From contig JAFATB010000023.1 of assembly GCA_019244185.1 (NCBI GenBank), forward strand, positions 128,001-192,000: a stretch of 64,000 nucleotides of DNA, read 5' to 3'. Positions 56,871 through 64,000 of this stretch are shown one piece after another (the first letter of the stretch is position 1; the number at the start of each line of letters is the position of its first letter). The translations under genes were made by a program, and so were the position numbers. The notes below the pieces were generated by a model, which worked only from the letters and a program-made list of their open reading frames with translations, did no database searches and was not told where the DNA came from. This DNA comes from Acidobacteriota bacterium (GTDB lineage: Bacteria; Acidobacteriota; Thermoanaerobaculia; Gp7-AA8).

Positions 56871-57523
56871 CGCGGATGCGCGGCCGGCCGCGGAACGCCC
56901 GGACGGGCGGGCTGCGGCGCGACGCCGACGCGCGCCGGCTGCGGTCCGGGACGCGCGGCGCCCGGCGGCATCGGCTGCGTGCCGGGGGGCACGGCTCCGG
57001 CGGGCGCGGGAGCGGCAGCGCCGTTCTTCGCCGCGGCCGCCGCCGCGGCTTCCTGCTGGGCCGCCTGTTGCGCGGCGATCACCTCGGGCGGCGTGACCGC
57101 GCCCGACTCGACGACGAACGTGCGCATCGTCTGCGGGCGTCCCTCGTACTGGAAGTCGAGATCGGGCATCGACATCGGCGCGGTCTCGTCTTTCTGATTC
57201 GCGAGATCGGTGACTTCCGTGAGCGGCACCGCGGGCGCGTCGCTGACGTTCGAGAGGTTGCGGCGCATCACGATCTGATGGATGCCGGCGAGCAGCAGAA
57301 ACGCGACGAGCAGCGAGAGCACGATCACGATGCCTTGGCGCTGCCGCGCGTATTCGAGCACGCTCTCGGACTTTGTCACGGTGCGCGGCTGAAAGACTTC
57401 CTGCAGCAGCGCCTGCGTGTCGATGCGCTCGCCCGTGGCCGGGTTCGCGCCGCAATACGGGCAGAGTTTCGCGGCGGCGTCGATCTGATGGCGGCACGCG
57501 GCGCAGACTGCGGAGCTCATCAT
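56867..57523 (-). CDS. Zinc-ribbon membrane protein with Pro/Ala-rich tail
   Basis: CAAC...CPYCG followed by a TM helix. Confidence 0.72.
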   Translation of the reverse strand: MMSSAVCAACRHQIDAAAKLCPYCGANPATGERIDTQALLQEVFQPRTVTKSESVLEYARQRQGIVIVLSLLVAFLLLAGIHQIVMRRNLSNVSDAPAVPLTEVTDLANQKDETAPMSMPDLDFQYEGRPQTMRTFVVESGAVTPPEVIAAQQAAQQEAAAAAAAKNGAAAPAPAGAVPPGTQPMPPGAARPGPQPARVGVAPQPARPGVPRPAAHPR

Positions 57524-58494
57524 CGGAATGATATTTCAACGCTGTACGGCGACGCGACAGGCTCGCCGTTCTCGGTGGCGGGCTTGAAGCGCCAACCCTG
57601 AATCGCGGCGATCAGCGAGGGAAGGTTCGCGCCGCCCGACTGGCGGACGTTGACTTCCTTGACGCGGCCGTCGGCGCCGATGAGCAGATCGAGCCGCACC
57701 GGTCCGTTCGCGCGGAGACGCGGCACCGGCTGGAACTGCGGCACGGGACGCGTGCGGATCGCGGCGCGCCGCGGCGCGCTGTTCTGCGCGCCGTTCTGTG
57801 CGAACGGCGGCGGCGGCGGCGCGGCGTTGCTCGCGCTGGTCATCGACGGCGGCACCATCGCGGGCGCCTGTCCCGGCATCGCGGCCACGGGAGCCGGACG
57901 CGGACGGCGCGGCGGCAGCGCGCCTTGCGCGTAGGCGGCGCCGGTGATCGAGCGCGGATCGACGAGCGCGGCCATGCGGCTCTTCTCCGCCGCGGCGCGC
58001 TGCGCCATCTGCGCGTACTCGGCCGCGGAGACCGCGGTCGCGTCGGTGCGTTGATATTCGGCCGGGACGCCTTCGGCGGGTGCGGCGCCGGTGGGCGCGC
58101 TGGTGATCGGCTGTTCGATGCGATCGACGCCGCCGCTGTCACCGACCGGCACGAGCGGCGTATCGGCACGCTTCACGGCGGGCACGCGCGCCTGCGCCTG
58201 CTGTTGTTGCTGCGCCTGTTCTTCCGGCGTCGGCGGCACGACTTTCGGCGCGCCGTCGCGATTGATGACGTAGCCGATGGCGAACGACGCCACGAGCAGC
58301 ACGGCGCCGGCGATGCCGAAGAGAATCCGCTTCCGCAGCTTCTGCTCGGCGGGCGGTTTGTAGTCGACGATGGGGGCGGGTGCGCTCTGCTGCGCCGTCA
58401 CGGGCTCCGCCTGGTTCCAGTTGCAGAACGGGCAGATCGTGGCGATCGCATCGATGGCGCGCGCGCAGCGGACGCACGGTTTTCGTTCCGTCAT
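57520..58494 (-). CDS. Zinc ribbon - TM - Pro-rich - TonB C-terminal domain protein
   Basis: CVRC...CPFC; TM; IGADGRV...WRFKPATENGEPV. Confidence 0.78.
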   Translation of the reverse strand: MTERKPCVRCARAIDAIATICPFCNWNQAEPVTAQQSAPAPIVDYKPPAEQKLRKRILFGIAGAVLLVASFAIGYVINRDGAPKVVPPTPEEQAQQQQQAQARVPAVKRADTPLVPVGDSGGVDRIEQPITSAPTGAAPAEGVPAEYQRTDATAVSAAEYAQMAQRAAAEKSRMAALVDPRSITGAAYAQGALPPRRPRPAPVAAMPGQAPAMVPPSMTSASNAAPPPPPFAQNGAQNSAPRRAAIRTRPVPQFQPVPRLRANGPVRLDLLIGADGRVKEVNVRQSGGANLPSLIAAIQGWRFKPATENGEPVASPYSVEISFR

Positions 58495-58523
58495 GGCCGC
58501 TCCAAAGTGCAACCGACGTACCG

Positions 58524-59501
58524 TCACGGGACGATGCGGACGCGGCCGTTCTGCCAGAAAGCGATTCCGCCCGCCGTGAGCGCGTACGCGCCGGGGGCGA
58601 TGCCGGTGGCGACGACCGTGCTTTTCTGCCTCGTCACGCGGTACAACGTACCGCTGCTCGAGTCGTACGCGAGCCACCGCGAGCCGCGCGCCACGACGCG
58701 ATCGATGCCGGTCGGGAACTCCGACGAGCGGTTCGCGAAGAGGCCGAGCCCGAGGACGCCGCGCAGGAAGCCGCGGGCGACGGCCTGCGTCATCGACTGC
58801 GTGCCTTCGGTGAGCCAGACTCGCTTGGCAGATGGATCGGCGACGGCGAGGATGGGCGCCGTCAGCGCGCTGCCGCCGCCGGCGAGCGCGACATCGACCG
58901 GCACGGCACCGGCCGCGAGCGTGTCGCTGACGCGCAGCGTTCGCAGATCGACGACGCGGACGCGCGCGTCGCGTGGAAAGAGCAGATACGCGTTCGCGCC
59001 GTCGACTTCGAGGTCCGAGGCGAACGGCGCAATCGTCGCGCGCCGCACGACGCGGTCGCGTTCGATCTCTTCGAGCACGCCATCGACGCGCGAGTAGACG
59101 TAGAGCCGGCCGTTCGCCGCGCGCACGAACGCGGGATCGGCCGCGAGCGGAATCGACGCGCCGCCGACGTGCTGCAGCACGCGCGCGTCGCGCGCGAGGA
59201 CGTACAGCTCGCCGCTCACGAAGAGCGCCGCGATGGGCGTCTCCGCGGTTGCGACGCGCGTGACGCGTCCGCTCGCGAGCTCGACGATGACCGCTTCGTT
59301 GTGCAGCGCGTCGAGCACCGCGACGCGATCGGAAGATGCAGCGATGGAGGTGGCGTTTGCGACGCCGTCGACGCGCCAGCGATCGGCGAGCTCGACCCGC
59401 CCGTCGTGCGCCGCGACGACGCCGCGCGGCGTGTCGATGAGGAGTTGGGCGGTGGCGAGGGGGGCGGCCAAGAGCGCGAAGAGGAGCACGAGTTTCTTCA
59501 T
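58524..59501 (-). CDS. Secreted beta-propeller (YncE-like) protein
   Basis: Signal peptide MKKLVLLFALLAAPLATA; propeller-like blades. Confidence 0.7.
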   Translation of the reverse strand: MKKLVLLFALLAAPLATAQLLIDTPRGVVAAHDGRVELADRWRVDGVANATSIAASSDRVAVLDALHNEAVIVELASGRVTRVATAETPIAALFVSGELYVLARDARVLQHVGGASIPLAADPAFVRAANGRLYVYSRVDGVLEEIERDRVVRRATIAPFASDLEVDGANAYLLFPRDARVRVVDLRTLRVSDTLAAGAVPVDVALAGGGSALTAPILAVADPSAKRVWLTEGTQSMTQAVARGFLRGVLGLGLFANRSSEFPTGIDRVVARGSRWLAYDSSSGTLYRVTRQKSTVVATGIAPGAYALTAGGIAFWQNGRVRIVP

Positions 59502-60931
59502 CGCCCGCCCTCGACCCGCACCGGCTCGAGCAGCAGCGCGTCCTCGTCTCCCGCCCGCGTCACGCCGAGAATCCGATACGTCAGGCGCAGCGGTGCGGAC
59601 GTGTCGAACGTGCCGGCGAAGATCGTCGGTTCGGAGAAGCGGAACGCGACGCCATAGATGGTGCCGCTCGCGAGCGTCGTCTGCGCGTTGGCCACCTGCG
59701 CGCTTTCGAACGTCGCCAGGCTGGTGAACGTCATCGCATCGAGGGCGACGCGTTGCTCCGGCGCGAGCGCGTCGTACCCATCGCGCAGCGCGCGTAGTTC
59801 GGCGGCGGTCGGATTCGGCGACGGCAGTGCTGCGATGCTCGCGTTCGCGTGCTCGGCTTCGACGCGCAACGTCCGCAGCGTTTCGTTCGCGGGGAACTTC
59901 GCGAGCAGCGCGTCGAGCGTTTCGCGCGCCGCGCGCGATTCGCCGCGGACGAGCTGCGCGATCGCGCGCCGCACTTCGCTGCCGGTCGAGCCGTTCGATG
60001 CCGGCGTCGCCCGCGCGCTCGAGTGCAGAAACGCGCGGTATTGCGCGACGAGCTCGCGGTCGAACGGATTCGCCTCGAACGCCTCCGCGAACCGCCGCTC
60101 GCGTTCGTCGCTCGACGTGGCGAGGCGCGCCAGTCCCGCGAGCGCGGTGGCGTCGTCGCTGCGCGCGTCGAGCACGCGCTCGTACGTGCGCCGGGCGAGC
60201 TCGTTGCGCCCGCGCTCCTCGTACAGCCGCGCCAGCCGCAGCTGCGCGCGATTCAGCAGCGAGACGTATGCGGCGACGTCGCCGTGCGCCGAGCTGTAGA
60301 TCTCGAACGATTCCTGCCGCGCAACGTCGTTCCGCAGCGACGCGAACCGTTCCGAGCGCAGCGACTCCGTCAGTTTCACCAGCAGCGTCTCCGCCTCGGC
60401 GCTCTCGCCGCTGTCGAGCAGCGCGGTCGCCAGCGCGTACTGATCGACCGCTACGTCGAGCGGCTTCTTCGCCAGCGTCACCGCGTTGCGCGCGGCGCTT
60501 ACGGCTTTCCTTGGATATCCAAGAATGCGCATCGCGGAGGCGTAGAGGTTCCACGTCTCCGCGTCGTCGCTCGCGTAACGCACGGCTTCTTCCGCGAACG
60601 CGAACGCCTCCGCGTCGCGATGGAGCTTCGCGGCCGCGAGCGCGGCGTACGACGTCGCCGTCGCATAGCGCGCCAGCTGCGCGTCGCGCCGCGCGTCGAG
60701 TCGCTCGCGCGCGGCGAGGTCGTACGCGGTGCGGTACTCGCGCGAGGCGAGCGACGGCTCGTTGCGCGCGGCGCGGACGTCGCCGAGGTTCGCATGGCCG
60801 GACAACTGCGCCTCGAAGCCGTGCGCGGTCGCGAGCTGCTTTTCCATCTGCGCGAGCTCGAAGTCGGACGCGATGCGCGATTCCGCGAGGAGCGACGATG
60901 AAAGCGCGAGCAGCAGCAGCACTCGTCTCAT
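59498..60931 (-). CDS. Secreted TPR-like protein
   Basis: Signal peptide MRRVLLLLALSSSLLA; TPR helices. Confidence 0.72.
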   Translation of the reverse strand: MRRVLLLLALSSSLLAESRIASDFELAQMEKQLATAHGFEAQLSGHANLGDVRAARNEPSLASREYRTAYDLAARERLDARRDAQLARYATATSYAALAAAKLHRDAEAFAFAEEAVRYASDDAETWNLYASAMRILGYPRKAVSAARNAVTLAKKPLDVAVDQYALATALLDSGESAEAETLLVKLTESLRSERFASLRNDVARQESFEIYSSAHGDVAAYVSLLNRAQLRLARLYEERGRNELARRTYERVLDARSDDATALAGLARLATSSDERERRFAEAFEANPFDRELVAQYRAFLHSSARATPASNGSTGSEVRRAIAQLVRGESRAARETLDALLAKFPANETLRTLRVEAEHANASIAALPSPNPTAAELRALRDGYDALAPEQRVALDAMTFTSLATFESAQVANAQTTLASGTIYGVAFRFSEPTIFAGTFDTSAPLRLTYRILGVTRAGDEDALLLEPVRVEGGR

Positions 60932-62010
60932 TCGGCGAAGTACTCCTTGCGCGCGCTGACGATCGTGAGCCCCGCGCGGCGCGGCGTCACCTCGATGCGG
61001 CGCCAGCCCGGCCGCGTGCCCTGGCTCTGATAGACGACGAGATAGCGGCTGTTGATGTCGGCGAGCAGCCGCGCGAGCGCATCGTTCACGGTCGCGCGCG
61101 ACGCGGCCACCACCGAGCCGCCGGTGTTGCGCGCGGCGCGGTCGAGAAAGTCCGTGTGCGAGTTGCCGAGAACGATCGCGTGCACGATCGTTTTCGTGGT
61201 GCTGATGCGGCGCAGCGCCGCCTCCTCGGAGAGCGCGCTGTTGCGATCGCCGCCGTCGGTGATGACGATCGCGTACGTGCGCTCGTCGCTCGCAATCGAC
61301 GCGAGCGCATCGCGCAGCGACGTGCCGCCCGACGGAACCGTGCTCGCGAAGAGGCGCGCGAGATCGTCGCCGCGCGCGATCGGACGCGCGGCGGCGACGT
61401 TGTGGTTGAAGAGGACGAGCGACGCGCGATCGCCCGCGCGCAGTTGCCGCAGCTGCTCGCTCACCGCGTGCAGCGCGGCCGCGAGCTTGCCGTCGTTCAT
61501 GCTCAGCGAGCGGTCGACGACGAACGCGAAATGCGCCGGCGGACGTTCGACGCGCACGTCGCGCACGGTCTGCTCGACGCCGTTCTCGCGCACGCGCAGG
61601 TCCGACGCGCGCAGCGTTTGCGACGTCCGCACGCGCAGCGGCAGCTCGACCAGCGTCACGTTCAGCGTGTCGTTCGCCGACAGTGCGGCCGTGCGCACGC
61701 GCGCGTCCTCGCGGTTGCGGTAGCCGTTCGACCAAACCGTCGCCTCGATCGTGCGCGCGGCGAGGCTCTGGCCGAAATCGAACGCGATGCGATACGGCGG
61801 CTTGCGCGCGACGCCGGCGAGCGCGCCGTCGACACGGAAGTCGACGCGATCGACGTTCGCGGCGTCCGTCGTCACTTCGATCGCCGTGGGACCAAGCGCC
61901 TGCGCGCCATCGAGAGGCGAGATGAACGTCACGCGCGCCTGCCCGGCGAAAGCGAAGGCGAACGCGAGGAACAACGCTGCGAGAAACGGGAGCCGGCGCA
62001 CGGGACGCAA
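60928..62010 (-). CDS. Ig-like + VWA domain protein (acidobacterial type)
   Basis: MIDAS DRSLS, GGTSLRDA, ITDGGD; Y.S...GWRRIEV...ARKEY. Confidence 0.85.
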   Translation of the reverse strand: MRPVRRLPFLAALFLAFAFAFAGQARVTFISPLDGAQALGPTAIEVTTDAANVDRVDFRVDGALAGVARKPPYRIAFDFGQSLAARTIEATVWSNGYRNREDARVRTAALSANDTLNVTLVELPLRVRTSQTLRASDLRVRENGVEQTVRDVRVERPPAHFAFVVDRSLSMNDGKLAAALHAVSEQLRQLRAGDRASLVLFNHNVAAARPIARGDDLARLFASTVPSGGTSLRDALASIASDERTYAIVITDGGDRNSALSEEAALRRISTTKTIVHAIVLGNSHTDFLDRAARNTGGSVVAASRATVNDALARLLADINSRYLVVYQSQGTRPGWRRIEVTPRRAGLTIVSARKEYFAE

Positions 62011-62126
62011 AACGTCTCCGGCGCATAAGTGATTTCGCTCGTATGGGTTGACGCCTGCAGCGGACGCGATCGTCCCCGGCCGGAGACGTGGAGGGGCGGC
62101 ATTCCGGCTATACTGCCGGCCATCCT

Positions 62127-62852
62127 GTGAGTCGAAACGATACCCGCTACGGCGTCACGATCTGTGACCGCTGCGCCGACTGCCAGTGGCGCGCCGACAG
62201 CTTCTTCTGTCAGTTCGACGCGGACATCCTCAAGGCCTTCGACGCGATCACGTTCACCAGCGTGCATCCCGCCAGCGCGCTGCTGTACGCCGAAGGCGAG
62301 GCGCCGCGCGGACTGTTTCTCTTGTGCCACGGCGGCGCGAAGCTGAGCATCTCGTCCGGGAGCGGCAAGACGCTCATCACGCGCATCGTCGAGGCGGGCG
62401 AAGTGCTCGGCCTCTCCAGCGTCCTCTCCGGCAACGCGTACAAGTCGAGCGCCGAGACGACCGCCCCGTCGCAGGTGAAGTTCGTGCGGCGCGACGATTT
62501 TCTGCGCTTCTCCGAAACGTATCGCGACGTCTCCTTCAACGTCGCGCGCCAGCTGATCGAAGAGTGCGAGTCGGACGCGAACCAGATCCGCGCCCTCGGC
62601 CTGGCGAACTCCGCCGCCGAGCGGCTCGCGCAACTGCTCCTCGCGTGGTGTCAGGAGAACGGACAGCCGTCTGCGAGCGGCATGCGCTTCCCGGTCGTCA
62701 TGACGCATGAAGAGATGTCGCAGATGATCGGCACCTCGCGCGAGACGGTCACGCGCCTGCTGAAGAGTTTCCGCGAGAAGAAGATCCTGACGGTGCGGCG
62801 CACGTCGATGACTCTGCACAAAAAGTCGGAGCTCGAAGACCTCATCGTCTGA
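62127..62852 (+). CDS. Crp/Fnr family transcriptional regulator with N-terminal Cys cluster
   Basis: CDRCADC...FFC; THEEMSQMIGTSRETVTR HTH. Confidence 0.9.
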   Translation: MSRNDTRYGVTICDRCADCQWRADSFFCQFDADILKAFDAITFTSVHPASALLYAEGEAPRGLFLLCHGGAKLSISSGSGKTLITRIVEAGEVLGLSSVLSGNAYKSSAETTAPSQVKFVRRDDFLRFSETYRDVSFNVARQLIEECESDANQIRALGLANSAAERLAQLLLAWCQENGQPSASGMRFPVVMTHEEMSQMIGTSRETVTRLLKSFREKKILTVRRTSMTLHKKSELEDLIV

Positions 62853-62893
62853 CGCGCGGGTCTTCTCGACGCAGCGGATACAATCGCCGCCCG

Positions 62894-63916
62894 ATGCCGC
62901 TCGATCCGATCGCGCTCGCCCGCCAGCTCATCGACGCGCCGTCGCCGACCGGCGAAGAAGCCGCCGTCGGCGAGCTCCTCGACGCGCAGCTCTCCGCGCT
63001 CGGCTTCACCACGCGCCGTCACGCCGTCACCGACACGCGCTTCAATCTCTTCGCGTCCGCGGGCGGACGCCCGCGCGTCGTGCTCAACTCGCACATCGAC
63101 ACCGTGCCGCCGTGGTTCGCCTCGCGCGAAGACGACGCGCACGTCTACGGCCGCGGCGCGTGCGACACGAAAGGCATCATCCCGGCGATGCTCGCGGCAG
63201 GGGAGCGGTTGCTCGCGCGCGGCATCCGCGACTTCGCGTACCTCTTCGTCGTCGGCGAAGAAACCGACTCGATCGGCGCGAAGACGGCGAACGAAGCGTT
63301 CGCCGATCTCGGCTCGGAATTCGTCGTCGTCGGCGAGCCGACCGAGTCGAAGTTCGCGCGCGCGTCGAAAGGCGCGTTCACCGCGACGGTGCGCTTCGCA
63401 GGCGTCGCCGCGCACTCCGCGTATCCGCACCTCGGCGACTCGGCCATCAACCGCATGGTCGCCGCGATCGACGAGATCAACCGCTTCGCGGACTGGGGCG
63501 CGGACGACGTCCTCGGCAACGCCACCGTCAACGTCGGCGTCGTGCGCGGCGGCGAGAAGCCGAACATCGTGCCCGCGTGGGCGGAATGCGAGATGATCTT
63601 CCGCCTCGTCACGACCCCTGAGGATGTGCGGCAGAAGCTGGAGACGCTCGTGGCGCGGCATGGTGGCGCGATCACGGCCGCGCGCGGCAATCCGCCGCAG
63701 CGGATGATCGTGCCGGCCGGCCAGCCATCCGCGGTGGTGGCGTTCAATACTGACGTCCCCTGGCTCGGCAACCTCGGGCAGCCGCTGCTCTTCGGTCCCG
63801 GCTCGATCCTCGACGCGCACGGCGTCGACGAGAAGATCGGCAAGCGGGAATTGCTCGACGCGGTCGCGACGTACGAGTCGATGGTGATCTCGCTGCTCGA
63901 AGGGAACGTGACGTAA
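62894..63916 (+). CDS. M20 family (ArgE/DapE-like) deacylase
   Basis: NSHIDTVP, GRGACDTKG, VGEE, GEPT, AHGVDE. Confidence 0.9.
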   Translation: MPLDPIALARQLIDAPSPTGEEAAVGELLDAQLSALGFTTRRHAVTDTRFNLFASAGGRPRVVLNSHIDTVPPWFASREDDAHVYGRGACDTKGIIPAMLAAGERLLARGIRDFAYLFVVGEETDSIGAKTANEAFADLGSEFVVVGEPTESKFARASKGAFTATVRFAGVAAHSAYPHLGDSAINRMVAAIDEINRFADWGADDVLGNATVNVGVVRGGEKPNIVPAWAECEMIFRLVTTPEDVRQKLETLVARHGGAITAARGNPPQRMIVPAGQPSAVVAFNTDVPWLGNLGQPLLFGPGSILDAHGVDEKIGKRELLDAVATYESMVISLLEGNVT

Positions 63917-63919
63917 CGC

Positions 63920-64000
63920 ATGCCGCAGCTGAAAGAATCGATCTATCTCATCGCCGCGCTCCGCACGCCGATCGGCAAGTTCGGCGGCGGACTGGCCTCG
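63920..64000 (+). CDS. Thiolase (acetyl-CoA C-acyltransferase), 5' fragment
   Basis: MPQLKESIYLIAALRTPIGKFGGGL. Confidence 0.8.
   Translation, partial: MPQLKESIYLIAALRTPIGKFGGGLAS

Overview
High-GC bacterial chromosomal window. The gene repertoire (acidobacterial-type VWA protein, MacAB-type ABC operon, many TonB_C, TPR and peptidase genes, IPTL-CTERM protein) suggests Acidobacteriota, probably Thermoanaerobaculia-like; this is inference. About 55 densely packed CDSs were identified by reading, including smc, tkt, ggt, an S1-domain protein, Fpg/Nei, a BlaI/M56/serine-hydrolase module, a LytS/LytTR pair and an ECF sigma/anti-sigma operon. No rRNA, tRNA, CRISPR array or transposase was seen. 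Four features are missing from the ORF track. (1) A candidate ~230-nt minus-strand ncRNA (about 22075 to 21843) with its own promoter and terminator, built from three tandem two-hairpin modules whose loops are complementary (kissing loops with compensatory changes), divergent from the S1-domain gene. (2) A SIR2-like-TPR fusion gene (<1..1948, minus). (3) A selenocysteine BCP peroxiredoxin with an in-frame TGA and SECIS-like hairpin (39202..39639). (4) Two copies of a heptamer-repeat palindromic element and a separate 153-bp palindrome. All calls come from manual reading and motif recognition; no searches were run.
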